Under the pieces are notes generated by a model that worked only from the letters and a program-made list of their open reading frames with translations, did not search any database and was not told the origin of the DNA. Shown piece after piece: positions 39,597-50,097 of a DNA stretch of 64,000 nucleotides. Location of the stretch: assembly GCA_002399785.1 (NCBI GenBank), contig DHEH01000002.1:97265-161264 (forward strand). Reading direction: 5' to 3'. A program made the translations under genes and the position numbers. The stretch is from Bacillales bacterium UBA4855 (GTDB lineage: Bacteria > Bacillota_I > Bacilli_A > RFN20 > CAG-826). Position 1 is the first letter of the stretch. Every line of letters starts with the position of its first letter.

Positions 39597-40175
39597 ATGG
39601 CAGCAAATATCGAAATTGAAGCTAAGGCTCTTATTACAAAAAAAGAATACGAAAAGATTGTAAAAATATATCAAGGAATTGAAACCGACGAGTTTGATCA
39701 AACAAATTATTATATTGATACTGACAAACGCGAAATCAAAAACATGGGCATGGGACTAAGAATTAGATCCATTAAAGGTTTGTTAGAATTAACTCTTAAA
39801 GCCCCAATGGCTGAAGGTTTATTAGAAAAGAATCAATCAATTCTTATTCAAGACTATAAAGAACTTGCTTACAATAACAAGTTCCCATCCGGAAATATTA
39901 GTAACTTTATAACAATGCTTGGTGTTGATGTTAAAGATTTAAAAATTATCGCTTCATTAACAACTCATAGAATCGAATATAAAGAAGGAAATTCCGCTCT
40001 TTCGATTGATAGAAATGTTTATAACGGCATTGTAGATTATGAACTTGAACTTGAAGGGCCATCTCTTGAAATTGTTAAGAACCAACTAGAAGAAATATGC
40101 TTAAAAAACAACATTATTTATAAAGATAATAAACAATCAAAACAAGCTAGAGCAATGTCTACGATTAATAACTAA
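39597..40175 (+). CDS. CYTH-domain protein (YjbK-like triphosphatase/adenylyl-cyclase class IV fold)
   Basis: N-terminal EIEAKAL (ExExK) motif; GAGG RBS before the ATG at 39597; divergent from nadK as in Bacillus. Confidence 0.75.
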   Translation: MAANIEIEAKALITKKEYEKIVKIYQGIETDEFDQTNYYIDTDKREIKNMGMGLRIRSIKGLLELTLKAPMAEGLLEKNQSILIQDYKELAYNNKFPSGNISNFITMLGVDVKDLKIIASLTTHRIEYKEGNSALSIDRNVYNGIVDYELELEGPSLEIVKNQLEEICLKNNIIYKDNKQSKQARAMSTINN

Positions 40176-40190
40176 AAATAGACAAAATTA

Positions 40191-40221
40191 AAAATTCATC
40201 GGGGATTGGCCGATGAATTTT
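40191..40221. terminator. bidirectional terminator between the CYTH gene and spx
   Basis: 12-bp stem AAAATTCATCGG / CCGATGAATTTT with flanking A and T runs. Confidence 0.7.
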
Positions 40222-40671
40222 TTATTTTAAGTTCTTAAGTGCTTCTTCTGCATCCTTAGCACAACCAGGACAAACTTCACATTTATTTGGGTGATTGCAA
40301 GCTAACGAAGCAATTCTTCTAGCAGCAGGGATGAAAGTTGTAATTTCATCTGGATTGTATCCAACTTTTATACGTCTATCATCAACCATAATTGGACGTT
40401 TTAATACACTAGGATTTGTTCTAATGAAATCAATTAATTGATTAATTGACATCTCATCTACATCAACTTTATTTTCTTTAATAATATTTGATCTTTTAGA
40501 AATAATATCATCGGTTCCGTTTTCACTTTTTGCTAAAATATCTTTAAGTTCAACTGGATTTAAAGTCGATGCAAAAATATTCTTTTCAACATAAGGAATA
40601 TCATGTTCTTTGAACCATAATTTTGCCTTGCGGCAACTTGCGCAACTTGGCGAAGTGTAAATTGTTATCAT
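40222..40671 (-). CDS. spx: Spx/ArsC-family transcriptional regulator with Cys-rich C-terminal extension
   Basis: MITIYTSPSCASCRKAKLWF (CxxC redox switch). 149 aa versus about 131 for B. subtilis Spx; the tail contains CNHPNKCEVCPGC. Confidence 0.85.
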   Translation of the reverse strand: MITIYTSPSCASCRKAKLWFKEHDIPYVEKNIFASTLNPVELKDILAKSENGTDDIISKRSNIIKENKVDVDEMSINQLIDFIRTNPSVLKRPIMVDDRRIKVGYNPDEITTFIPAARRIASLACNHPNKCEVCPGCAKDAEEALKNLK

Positions 40672-40680
40672 ATTTGTATT

Positions 40681-41016
40681 TTATCTTATTTTTTCTTTAT
40701 TTAAAAGAACATATATTTTAAGAAAATCTTCCTTTGCAAGTTTATAAATTAAGCCAATGTTGATGTTATCTCCAACAAAGCATTTTTCTTTAATTTTTAC
40801 TAATTCGGCAAAATTAATATTCTTATATTTTTTACAAATCTCATCAAATTTTATTAATTTTTGGGCAATTTCGGCAATAGTTTCAATGCAATAAGAGACT
40901 GCATCTAAAGTTTTTTCGTCCTCAACAAAACTATCGACATCTAAATCTCCGACATATTTATGTGCTTTCATGCACCGTCTACCCAATCCATAAATTAATT
41001 CTTCTTGTTGTGTCAT
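40681..41016 (-). CDS. DUF86/HepT-like HEPN-domain protein, catalytic motif degenerate (tentative)
   Basis: Collinear with the DUF86 pattern (DAV...IAEIA...), but RNxxxH is replaced by KEKCFVGD; no adjacent nucleotidyltransferase gene. Confidence 0.4.
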   Translation of the reverse strand: MTQQEELIYGLGRRCMKAHKYVGDLDVDSFVEDEKTLDAVSYCIETIAEIAQKLIKFDEICKKYKNINFAELVKIKEKCFVGDNINIGLIYKLAKEDFLKIYVLLNKEKIR

Positions 41017-41032
41017 AATTACTCCTTTTTAG

Positions 41033-41692
41033 CTAAACAATCTTTAGTATTTCACCAAAATTATCAATTAAATAATTAGGTTTTGTATTTAATATCGCTT
41101 TCATATCTCCATAACCATAAGTTACTAAAATCGAACATAAGTTTGCGTTTTTAGCTAACTCACCATCAACATAAGAATCACCTACATAAAATCCGTCCTC
41201 TCTATTTAACGAATATTTATCGATTATCTTTTCATTAATAAGTTTAGGGTCTGGTTTACATGGATATTTGTTGTCTTGACCTTGAATCACTATAAAATTA
41301 ATTTTATTTAGTTTAATTTTAATCAATTTTTGTAAAATTTCGTCAGGCTTATTACTCAAAATCCCTAGCCAATACCCCTTCTTTTGTAATAATTCTAGAG
41401 TTTCTTCTACTTCAGGATATACCTCACTAACATATTGAGTTTCTTCGTAACATTTCAAAAATAAGTCATAATCTGTTTCTTTAAATTCTTTAAAAGGCTT
41501 TAAAGCGCGTTTAAATAATATCTTTGCTCCATTACCAATAAAGGTTTTGACCACAGCTTTATCATAAACGTATTTAATTCCTAATTTTTTAAATGTTAAA
41601 TTAACGCAAGCAGTTAAACCGGTTAGCGTATTAATTAAAGTCCCGTCTAAATCAAAAATAACAAATTTATTCATAAATTTATTATATAACAT
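41033..41692 (-). CDS. HAD-superfamily phosphatase (phosphoglycolate phosphatase-like)
   Basis: FDLDGTLINT, SNK, GDSYVD motifs; alternative start at 41674. Confidence 0.75.
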   Translation of the reverse strand: MLYNKFMNKFVIFDLDGTLINTLTGLTACVNLTFKKLGIKYVYDKAVVKTFIGNGAKILFKRALKPFKEFKETDYDLFLKCYEETQYVSEVYPEVEETLELLQKKGYWLGILSNKPDEILQKLIKIKLNKINFIVIQGQDNKYPCKPDPKLINEKIIDKYSLNREDGFYVGDSYVDGELAKNANLCSILVTYGYGDMKAILNTKPNYLIDNFGEILKIV

Positions 41693-41736
41693 TGATTCAA
41701 TTTATAAAGTAAATAATATGCAATTAAATCAATACA

Positions 41737-43260
41737 TTATTCATATTCAATAGTGGCTGGAGGTTTGCTTGTAATATCATAAACAACTCGATTAACCCCG
41801 GGTACTTCATTAACGATTCGTGAAGAAACTTTGGATAAAACATCATAAGGCATTTTATAAAAATCAGCAGTCATTCCATCAATAGATGTAACGGCTCTAA
41901 TTGCAATTGTATACAAATAACTTCTTTGATCACCCATAACTCCAACAGACTTAATATTAGTCAAAACACAGAAATATTGCCAAATATCCCTTGCCAATCC
42001 CGCATCTTTCACTTCCTGAAGTAAAATTGCATCAGCTTCTTGAACGATCTTTATTTTATCTGAAGTTACTTCGCCAATAATTCTAATACTTAGACCTGGT
42101 CCTGGAAAAGGTTGTCTATTTATTAAATATTCATCCATTCGAAGCACAGTACCAAGTCTTCTCACTTCGTCTTTAAACAACATATCCAATGGTTCGATAA
42201 GTGTAAATTTTAAATCTTTAGGTAAACCACCAACATTATGATGGGATTTTATTAAAGTGCTATTGGCTCCTGATTCAACTTTGTCTGTATATAAAGTTCC
42301 CTGAGATAAAAATTTAAAATTACCTAATTTTTTACCTTCGTTATAAAAAACTTCAATAAATGTTTTCCCGATAATTTTTCTCTTTTCTTCAGGATCGCTG
42401 ACTCCCTCTAATCTTGTTAAAAACAATGAACTAGCATTTACATAATGAACAGGAATTTTTAACTTTTTTTCAAAACTATCCATTACTTGTTTGGCTTCAT
42501 CTTTCCTTAATAATCCGTGGTCTACAAAGACACAACTTAGATTATTCCCAATCGCTTTATGCAACAAAGTTGCTGTCACTGAACTATCAACTCCACCAGA
42601 AATCCCCAGTAAAACCCTATCTGATTTAACAATTTGTCGAATTTCATCAATTTTCTTTTTAGCAAAATCCTCAATAGTCCGTTCGTGTTTTGCACCAGTA
42701 GTATTGATGAAATTTTCTAAAATTTTAGCCCCTTCTTCCGTTTGAGTAACTTCAGGATGAAATTGAAGTAAATATATATTTTTGTCAATATTTTCAATTG
42801 CGGCATATTCGGTATTTTTACTAGAAGCGATTCTAGTAAATCCTTCCGGAATTTTGCTCACTGAATCACCATGCGACATCCGGCAAATTGATTTTAGCTT
42901 TAAATTTTTACAAATATTTGAACTCTTATCAAAACTAACTTCGGTTTTGCCATATTCTTTTTTATCGGACTTATTAACGCATCCACCAAGTTCACTAACA
43001 ACAAGTTGCATCCCATAACAAATTCCTAAAATCGGAATTCCTAAAGATAAAATTGTTTTATCAATTTTTGGAGAATCTACATCATATATGGAGTTTGGAC
43101 CACCACTTAATATAATGCCTTTTATAGACTTATCAGCGACAATTTCTTGACTAGTTATAGTATTTCTAACTAACGAAGAATAAACGCCTAATTCACGTAT
43201 TCTACGTGCAATTAGCTCGTTGTATTGACTTCCATAATTAATAACTATAATTTTATACAT
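41737..43260 (-). CDS. guaA: GMP synthase (glutamine-hydrolysing)
   Basis: GATase CYGMQ, PP-loop SGGVDSS, C-terminal ...PPATIEYE. Confidence 0.95.
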   Translation of the reverse strand: MYKIIVINYGSQYNELIARRIRELGVYSSLVRNTITSQEIVADKSIKGIILSGGPNSIYDVDSPKIDKTILSLGIPILGICYGMQLVVSELGGCVNKSDKKEYGKTEVSFDKSSNICKNLKLKSICRMSHGDSVSKIPEGFTRIASSKNTEYAAIENIDKNIYLLQFHPEVTQTEEGAKILENFINTTGAKHERTIEDFAKKKIDEIRQIVKSDRVLLGISGGVDSSVTATLLHKAIGNNLSCVFVDHGLLRKDEAKQVMDSFEKKLKIPVHYVNASSLFLTRLEGVSDPEEKRKIIGKTFIEVFYNEGKKLGNFKFLSQGTLYTDKVESGANSTLIKSHHNVGGLPKDLKFTLIEPLDMLFKDEVRRLGTVLRMDEYLINRQPFPGPGLSIRIIGEVTSDKIKIVQEADAILLQEVKDAGLARDIWQYFCVLTNIKSVGVMGDQRSYLYTIAIRAVTSIDGMTADFYKMPYDVLSKVSSRIVNEVPGVNRVVYDITSKPPATIEYE

Positions 43261-43262
43261 AT

Positions 43263-44156
43263 TTAATGATTATAACTTAAAGAAGAAATAGTTTCGTTGA
43301 CCGCTTTGAATGTTTCTAAAGTTAATATACTAAGTTTTTGACCAAATATGATCGAATCTTTAAGTGATTTTCCTTCAATATAGTGGTCAATAATGCCAGC
43401 AAACAATGCATCTCCACATCCAGTAGTATTTCCAGAAATATTATAAACGCTTTTAACGGCAATAGTAGCAACTTTATTATGTTCCCCGTAAATTATGCAA
43501 TCTTTACCTTGCGTGATGATAGCAGTCTTAATTCCGCTATCTAAAGCCATTTTAACCAAGGATATTGCATCTAATTTATTATTAAATAATGCTCTTGCTT
43601 CATAAATATTGCATTTAAGCATATAAATGTCTTTCAAGTGGTTTTTATATTTGATGATTTTAGAGGCACTGATGCCTTCGACTAAAAATTTTTGGTTTTT
43701 AAACGAAGAAAATAAATAATCAATAGCTTCCACGCTTAAATTAGAATCGCAAATTACATATTCGTGGTTTTTAATAAGCGGTGAATAAGATTCTAGAAAA
43801 CGGACATTTATTTCATCCATAATTCTCATATCGTTTATACCTTCGTCCATATCGTGATTATTATCATTTATCGCAATATAACTAGAAGTTGGTAAGTTTG
43901 TTGTTGGAGAGATCATTTCGACTGATAAATTATTCATATAATCAATAATTTGTTTTCCATATAAATCCTGACCAACAGCAGTTAAAAAATAACATTTGTT
44001 ACCAATACGAGCGAGGTTTTCACATACGTTTCTCATCACTCCGCCATAAGAAATTGTTAAAGTACCAGGGTTTGAAGAATGTTTTATAAGTTTATTATTA
44101 CTAGTGGCTAAATAATCGATGTTTGTTCCACCAATAAGCAAAATTGATTTATCCAT
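43263..44156 (-). CDS. PfkB-family carbohydrate/nucleoside kinase
   Basis: GGTNID N-terminus and C-terminal TTGCGDALFAG signature. Confidence 0.8.
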   Translation of the reverse strand: MDKSILLIGGTNIDYLATSNNKLIKHSSNPGTLTISYGGVMRNVCENLARIGNKCYFLTAVGQDLYGKQIIDYMNNLSVEMISPTTNLPTSSYIAINDNNHDMDEGINDMRIMDEINVRFLESYSPLIKNHEYVICDSNLSVEAIDYLFSSFKNQKFLVEGISASKIIKYKNHLKDIYMLKCNIYEARALFNNKLDAISLVKMALDSGIKTAIITQGKDCIIYGEHNKVATIAVKSVYNISGNTTGCGDALFAGIIDHYIEGKSLKDSIIFGQKLSILTLETFKAVNETISSLSYNH

Positions 44157-44231
44157 ATAGATATTTTAATCAATTAATCACAATATATAAAATTAATTTT
44201 GTACTAATTTTTAAGTTTATCTTAATAACAT

Positions 44232-44257
44232 AAAAAAGGCGCCATTTTGGCGCCTTT
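44232..44257 (-). terminator. rho-independent terminator ending the ribosomal supercluster
   Basis: Minus strand GGCGCC-AAAAU-GGCGCC followed by UUUUUU, 25 nt after the rplQ stop. Confidence 0.8.
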
Positions 44258-44281
44258 ATCGTTTGTTATCTCTACTTGTTA

Positions 44282-44677
44282 TTAGTCAGCGATAGCAAGA
44301 AGTCTTATAGGAGCGTTGTCGCCCTTACGATTTTCAAGCTTATAGACCTTTAAGTAACCACCATTACGTGAAGCGGTTCTCTTAGCTAAATCATTAAATA
44401 ATTTTTCTAATGCGTTTGCTTCGCCTTCGATATGGTATTGTCTTAAGATGCTAGCGGCTTGTCTTCTGCTATGAAGGTCGCCCTTCTTAGCTAAAGTAAT
44501 TAAATGATCAAATGTCTTAACGACATCTTTAACCATTGATCTTGTAACTGTAACTTTTTCAAAAATAACGAGTTCAGTAACTAAATTTCTTACTTGAGCC
44601 TTTTGCTTACTAGAGGTATAAGGGGTCTTAAAACGAACACCACCTTTACCATGTACATTTTTTCTACCTATTTGCAT
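44282..44677 (-). CDS. rplQ: 50S ribosomal protein L17
   Basis: Follows rpoA; ...SSKQKAQVRNLVTELVIFEKVTVT...; about 10-aa N-terminal extra segment. Confidence 0.93.
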   Translation of the reverse strand: MQIGRKNVHGKGGVRFKTPYTSSKQKAQVRNLVTELVIFEKVTVTRSMVKDVVKTFDHLITLAKKGDLHSRRQAASILRQYHIEGEANALEKLFNDLAKRTASRNGGYLKVYKLENRKGDNAPIRLLAIAD

Positions 44678-44688
44678 AATTGATCTCC

Positions 44689-45669
44689 TTAGTCGTTTTT
44701 ATCATCTTTAAAGTGAAGACCTTTGCCTTCAAGTTTGTCTTTAACTTCTTTAAGAGATTTCTTACCTAAATTTCTAACTTTCATCATCTCTAATTCACTC
44801 TTTTGAGTTAATTCTAAGACGTTAGCAATTCCGGCTCTCTTTAAGCAGTTATAACTTCTAACACTGAGGTCTAAATCTTCAATTGATAAGTTATCGAAAG
44901 TTTCTTCTTTTGGAGCAACTGGATCTTTTTCAAGGTCGATATTAGCAAATTTTTCCTCAAGATTAAGGAAGTTATTAAGATGTTCAACGAGCATCTTACT
45001 AGCTAAAGCAATTGCATCGCTTGGCTTAATGGAACCATTAGTCCAAACTTCAAGAGTTAACTTATCGAAACGTGGATCGTGACCAACACGAGTTGCATCA
45101 ACTTTATAGTTGACTCTCACGATTGGAGAATAGTTACTATCAGTAGCAATTGCTCCATGAGGAAGGCTATATAGCTTGTTTTCTTCGCTTGTAGCATATC
45201 CTCTACCATTTTTCATATGGATAACCATATGTAAGTGACCACCCTCAGCAACGTGAGCAATCACTAAATCTTTATTAATAACTTCAACACCGGTTGGAGT
45301 CATTAAATCTCCAGCAGTAAGTTCTTTTGGTCCATCGACATCGACGGTAGTTTCATATTCCGCTTCGCCAATAGTATCACTTTTAAGAACCAAATCTTTT
45401 AAGTTAAGGATGATTTGTGTTAAATCTTCCTCAATACCAGTTAAAGCAGAGAACTCATGGACAGCACCTTCAACTTCAACTGCATAGACTGAAGTTCCGG
45501 TTAAACTAGTAAGAAGAGTTCTTCTCATCGCATTACCCAATGTAAGTCCAAACCCTCTTTCTAATGGTTCGCAAACGACTTTGCAATAATGTTCATCTTC
45601 AAGAGAAACTGCGATTTTAAAATCTGGTTTTTCGAATGGATGAGCAATTTTTAATTCATTATCTGCCAT
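44689..45669 (-). CDS. rpoA: DNA-directed RNA polymerase alpha subunit
   Basis: 326 aa; GNAMRRTLL motif; C-terminal SVRSYNCLKRAGI (alpha-CTD). Confidence 0.96.
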   Translation of the reverse strand: MADNELKIAHPFEKPDFKIAVSLEDEHYCKVVCEPLERGFGLTLGNAMRRTLLTSLTGTSVYAVEVEGAVHEFSALTGIEEDLTQIILNLKDLVLKSDTIGEAEYETTVDVDGPKELTAGDLMTPTGVEVINKDLVIAHVAEGGHLHMVIHMKNGRGYATSEENKLYSLPHGAIATDSNYSPIVRVNYKVDATRVGHDPRFDKLTLEVWTNGSIKPSDAIALASKMLVEHLNNFLNLEEKFANIDLEKDPVAPKEETFDNLSIEDLDLSVRSYNCLKRAGIANVLELTQKSELEMMKVRNLGKKSLKEVKDKLEGKGLHFKDDKND

Positions 45670-45689
45670 TTATATATTCTCCTTTTAAA

Positions 45690-46079
45690 TTAACCACGGG
45701 TGCGTTTTGGTGGACGGCATCCGTTATGTGGAATTGGTGTAGTATCAATAATTGATGTTACAGTAAGTCCAGCAGCAGCTAAAGCTCTGACGGCTGATTC
45801 TCTACCAGCGCCTGGTCCTTTAACATCAACATCAACTGTTTTGATACCTTGATCAAGAGCAGCTTTAGCGCAAGCTTCTGCAGCTTCTTGAGCAGCAAAT
45901 GGAGTAGATTTCTTTGCTCCTTTGTATCCTAATACACCGCTAGAACTCCAAGCAATAGCGTTGCCTTGTTCATCGGTAATTGTAACAATTGTATTGTTAA
46001 ATGTAGCATGAATATGAGCAACACCCTTTGTAAAAGTTCTCTTTATCTTCTTTTTACGGGTAGTTTGTTTTTGTGCCAT
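45690..46079 (-). CDS. rpsK: 30S ribosomal protein S11
   Basis: [18 protein letters not shown]; C-terminal [13 protein letters not shown]. Confidence 0.96.
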   Translation of the reverse strand: MAQKQTTRKKKIKRTFTKGVAHIHATFNNTIVTITDEQGNAIAWSSSGVLGYKGAKKSTPFAAQEAAEACAKAALDQGIKTVDVDVKGPGAGRESAVRALAAAGLTVTSIIDTTPIPHNGCRPPKRTRG

Positions 46080-46095
46080 TTTTTTCTACCTCCTA

Positions 46096-46470
46096 TTACT
46101 TAACAGCTTCTTTTTTATTCGCAATTGTCTTACGTGGACCTTTACGAGTACGAGCGTTAGTTTTTGTTCTTTGTCCTCTTACTGGAAGACCTCTTCTATG
46201 TCTGATTCCTCTATAACATCCGATTTCTTGTAATCTCTTGATGTTTAACATAGATTCTCTTCTAAGATCACCTTCGGTCTTATAATGAGCAAGTTCAGCT
46301 CTGATAGCAGCAATTTCTTCTTCGCTTAAATCCTTGACTCTCTTACCTTCGTCGATCTTACAAGCAGCTAATATTTTTTTACTTGTGGTTGAACCAATTC
46401 CGTAAATGTAAGTTAAACTAACAACAACAACTTTATCATTTGGAATATCAACACCAACTATACGTGCCAT
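46096..46470 (-). CDS. rpsM: 30S ribosomal protein S13
   Basis: [13 protein letters not shown]...[23 protein letters not shown]. Confidence 0.96.
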   Translation of the reverse strand: MARIVGVDIPNDKVVVVSLTYIYGIGSTTSKKILAACKIDEGKRVKDLSEEEIAAIRAELAHYKTEGDLRRESMLNIKRLQEIGCYRGIRHRRGLPVRGQRTKTNARTRKGPRKTIANKKEAVK

Positions 46471-46490
46471 AATTCTTTTTCCTCCAAAAA

Positions 46491-46607
46491 TTATTTACCT
46501 TGTCTTTGCTTGTGCTTTGGGTTTGAACAAATAACCATAACGGTTCCATGTCTTTTAATAACTCTGCACTTATCGCAAATAGGTTTCACTGAGGCTCTAA
46601 CTTTCAT
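46491..46607 (-). CDS. rpmJ: 50S ribosomal protein L36 (zinc-binding form); absent from the ORF track
   Basis: Hand translation: [38 protein letters not shown]; GGAGG RBS; lies between infA and rpsM. Confidence 0.93.
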   Translation of the reverse strand: MKVRASVKPICDKCRVIKRHGTVMVICSNPKHKQRQGK

Positions 46608-46623
46608 CTTTATAATCCTCCTA

Positions 46624-46842
46624 TTACTTGTGTCTAAAGACGATTCTGCCATTGTTTAAGTCATAAGGTGATAGTTCGACTGTAACTTTGTCTCCTGGAA
46701 GTATACGAATGTAATGCATTCTTATTTTCCCGGATATTGTGGCATGTATTACAACGTCGTTTTCTAGTTTAACCTTAAAATTACAATTAGGTAAACTTTC
46801 TGTGACTACCGCCTCTACGGTTATAACATCTTGTTTTGCCAT
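46624..46842 (-). CDS. infA: translation initiation factor IF-1
   Basis: 72 aa; S1-like ...[25 protein letters not shown]. Confidence 0.96.
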   Translation of the reverse strand: MAKQDVITVEAVVTESLPNCNFKVKLENDVVIHATISGKIRMHYIRILPGDKVTVELSPYDLNNGRIVFRHK

Positions 46843-47609
46843 TAAATTTCTTCTCCTTTATCTAGAGTAATAATCTCATAGCCAGATTCGGTCACTACTA
46901 CCGTATTTTCATAGTGACAACATAATTTCCCATCTTTGGTTCTTGTTGTCCATCCATCACGATCCACAACTAAATCAACTTTTCCTTGATTAATCATCGG
47001 TTCAACAGCGATAGTCATTCCTTTTTGAAGGATAGGACCATCATGAATCGAACCACAATTAGGAACATATGGATCTTCATGAACTTCTTTACCAACTCCA
47101 TGTCCAGTATAATCAGGAGTTACTGTGTAACCCGCTTTTTCTGCTGTCATTTGTATGGCATGAGAGACAATACCAAGCCTTACGCCTGGTTTAATTAGTT
47201 TTACACCATTAAAGAAAGCTTCTTTTGTAGTGTCGATAAGTCTTTGTGCCTCATCGCTAATTTTCCCAACTGGGAATGTTCGTGTAGCATCTGCGACATA
47301 TCCATCTAATGTCGCCATGCAATCGCAACTAACGATATCGCCTTCTTTAAGAATTGTTTTCTTTGAAGGAATACCATGTACGAGCACGTCGTTAACAGAT
47401 ATACAGATGTTTCCTGGATAGCCTTCATAACCTTTGCTTGAAGGGATACCACCATGACTCGTGATGTAGCTTCCAGCAATTTTATCTAGCTCTTTAGTCG
47501 ATATTCCAGGTTTAATATTTTCTTCTAAGACTTTGAATAATCCTATAAGAATCTCACCCGCTTTTTTCATTAACGCGATTTCGCGAGGTGATTTAATAAT
47601 TATTGCCAT
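46842..47609 (-). CDS. map: type I methionine aminopeptidase
   Basis: 255 aa; M24A ligand context [27 protein letters not shown]. Confidence 0.95.
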   Translation of the reverse strand: MAIIIKSPREIALMKKAGEILIGLFKVLEENIKPGISTKELDKIAGSYITSHGGIPSSKGYEGYPGNICISVNDVLVHGIPSKKTILKEGDIVSCDCMATLDGYVADATRTFPVGKISDEAQRLIDTTKEAFFNGVKLIKPGVRLGIVSHAIQMTAEKAGYTVTPDYTGHGVGKEVHEDPYVPNCGSIHDGPILQKGMTIAVEPMINQGKVDLVVDRDGWTTRTKDGKLCCHYENTVVVTESGYEIITLDKGEEI

Positions 47610-47612
47610 TAT

Positions 47613-48269
47613 TTACTCACCTTGCTTTTTAAAAACCACGTCTAATTGTTCAAGTAGGATATCGAGATCGATGACACCATCCACATCATGAAGGATTCCT
47701 TGATCTTGATAATATTTAATGAGTGGTTCTGTCGACTTATGATATTCGGAAAGTCTCTCTTTGAGGACTGTTTCGTTATCATCTTTTCTCTGAACGAGGT
47801 CGCCACCACATAAATCACAGATACCCTCGACTTTAGGTTTCATAAATTTAACGTGATATGGAGCACCACACACTTTACAAACTCGTCTTCCACAAATACG
47901 TTCAACTAAGATCGTTTCGTCAACGACGATGTTTATAACAAACTTAACTGGTCTACCAATTTCTTGACCAATATTCTTAAGGGCTTCAGCTTGAGCCAAA
48001 GTTCTTGGAAATCCATCAAGAAGATAGCCAGATGCGCAATCATCTTGAGAAAGTCTTTCTTTGACAAGATCAATTGTGACTTGATCGGGAACTAATTTCC
48101 CATCTTTAATATAACTATTAGCAAGTTCTCCAAGTGGAGTCTTATTTTTAATAGCTTCACGGAACATATCTCCAGTTGAGATATGAGGAATACCATACTT
48201 TTTTGTAATTCTCTTTGCATTGGTACCTTTTCCAGCTCCTGGAGGTCCAATCAAAATAATACTTAACAT
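47613..48269 (-). CDS. adk: adenylate kinase (zinc-lid type)
   Basis: GPPGAGKGT; lid CGRRVCKVCG...CDLCGG. Confidence 0.96.
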   Translation of the reverse strand: MLSIILIGPPGAGKGTNAKRITKKYGIPHISTGDMFREAIKNKTPLGELANSYIKDGKLVPDQVTIDLVKERLSQDDCASGYLLDGFPRTLAQAEALKNIGQEIGRPVKFVINIVVDETILVERICGRRVCKVCGAPYHVKFMKPKVEGICDLCGGDLVQRKDDNETVLKERLSEYHKSTEPLIKYYQDQGILHDVDGVIDLDILLEQLDVVFKKQGE

Positions 48270-48273
48270 AAAT

Positions 48274-49620
48274 CTACATTCCTCCTATAACTTCATCGTA
48301 ACTCTTTCCAGCAATAAGACCATTAATTTGGTTATTTAACTCAAGAGCAACACCAACAACAATGATTAATCCAGTACCACCGAGAGCGAGTGAAGAATTA
48401 TCTCCAAACATTCCAGTAAGAGTCATAACAACAGGAAGAGCACTGATAAATACAAGTGAACAAGCACCAATAAGAGTTACCCTATTAAGAACTTTCTTAA
48501 CATATTTTTCAGTTTCTATGCCTGGTCTGATTCCAGGAATATAACTACCATTCTTTTGGAAGTTATCTGCTAAGCTAGCAGGATTAATTTGCAAATTAGA
48601 ATAGAAGAAAGTGAATGCGAATACGAGTATAAGGTAAATTATTAAGCCCCAAGGCATCATAACTCCACCCGTATTGACAAGTTGATTATATTGGAATATC
48701 TTAAGCCATTCAGCATTTGCTGCATCACTACTTATGAAGCTAGCAATTACGCTAGGTGCCATAAGAATTGAGGAAGCGAAGATGACTGGAATAACACCGG
48801 CGCTATTGACTTTAATCGGAAGGAAACTAGCTTTGTTAAGTTTTTCGCTTCCACCGCTTCTTGTTGCGTGTTGAACTGGTATTTTTCTTTTACTAAGTTC
48901 AATAAAGACAACAAAGGCGATAATAAGACAATAAGCAAGGATATAAGCCGTGAAGGTAAATATTCCCTTCGTTGCTTCATAAGATCCATTATTTAAGCTA
49001 GTGGTAACCCAAAGGTTGAATGCGCTTGAGATTTGACTTGGTAAATTGGCCACAATACCAGCAAAGATAATAACAGAGATTCCGTTACCAACACCTTTGA
49101 CAGTAATTTGGTCACCGAGCCACATAACAAGCATCGCTCCACCAACCATAATCGTAATAACATAGAAATAAGTTAAAGCATTATCATTAAGTGTAAATGA
49201 GATCCAATCAGTATTTTTTGCTGTTTGGAGAATTCCATAAGCTTGAACGGCAGCAAGCATTAAAGTTAAATAACGTGTTGCCATTTCAATCTTCTTTCTT
49301 CCGTATTGACCTTGCTTATTAAGCTCGGTTAAGGCAGGAAGAACATCCATACTCAATAATTGAATAATAATTTGTGCCGTAATATAAGGAGAGACGCCCA
49401 GTGCAAAAATTGAAAAATTTTGTAAGGCTCCTCCACCTAATAAGTTCATTAAACTTAAGAGATTGTTTGAATTATTTTGTAATTCATCCAATAATTTAGA
49501 GGCATCAATTCCGGGAGTTGTAATATTGCAGCCAATTCTAAAGACAAACAAAATCATAATCGTAAAAAATATACGATTGACTACTTCTTTGTTTTTAAAA
49601 ATTGCGATAAACTTCTTCAT
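48274..49620 (-). CDS. secY: preprotein translocase subunit SecY
   Basis: 448 aa, 10 TM; position between rplO and adk. Confidence 0.95.
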   Translation of the reverse strand: MKKFIAIFKNKEVVNRIFFTIMILFVFRIGCNITTPGIDASKLLDELQNNSNNLLSLMNLLGGGALQNFSIFALGVSPYITAQIIIQLLSMDVLPALTELNKQGQYGRKKIEMATRYLTLMLAAVQAYGILQTAKNTDWISFTLNDNALTYFYVITIMVGGAMLVMWLGDQITVKGVGNGISVIIFAGIVANLPSQISSAFNLWVTTSLNNGSYEATKGIFTFTAYILAYCLIIAFVVFIELSKRKIPVQHATRSGGSEKLNKASFLPIKVNSAGVIPVIFASSILMAPSVIASFISSDAANAEWLKIFQYNQLVNTGGVMMPWGLIIYLILVFAFTFFYSNLQINPASLADNFQKNGSYIPGIRPGIETEKYVKKVLNRVTLIGACSLVFISALPVVMTLTGMFGDNSSLALGGTGLIIVVGVALELNNQINGLIAGKSYDEVIGGM

Positions 49621-49656
49621 AATATTAACAACTTATTTATTCTATAACAATTTTTG

Positions 49657-50097
49657 TTATTCAACAACAACAGCTTCACCACCAGCTTTTTCAATAGCAG
49701 CTTTTGCGGTTGCACTGAACTTGTTGGCTTTGACTGTTAATTTCTTAGATAATGTCCCATTTCCCAAAACTTTAAGACCATCTAACTCTTTTTTAACGAA
49801 ACCATCACTAATTAATTGAGTGGCATCAATAACTGAGCCATCTTTATATGTTTCTAAGACATCAAGATTAATAATAGCGAATTCTTTATTGGTGTAATTA
49901 TGAAAACCTCTTTTTGGAAGTCTTCTCCATAAAGTAATTTGTCCACCTTCAAACCCAAGAGCAACTTTACCAGTTCCTCTACTCTTTTGACCTTTATTGC
50001 CGGTTCCTCCGTTCTTGCCTAAGCCAGAACCGATTCCTCTGCAACGTCTTGTCTTATCTTTTCTACTACCTTCAGTAGGTTTTAAGTTATTTAACAT
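49657..50097 (-). CDS. rplO: 50S ribosomal protein L15
   Basis: [25 protein letters not shown]...; its start overlaps the rpsE stop by 11 nt. Confidence 0.95.
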   Translation of the reverse strand: MLNNLKPTEGSRKDKTRRCRGIGSGLGKNGGTGNKGQKSRGTGKVALGFEGGQITLWRRLPKRGFHNYTNKEFAIINLDVLETYKDGSVIDATQLISDGFVKKELDGLKVLGNGTLSKKLTVKANKFSATAKAAIEKAGGEAVVVE

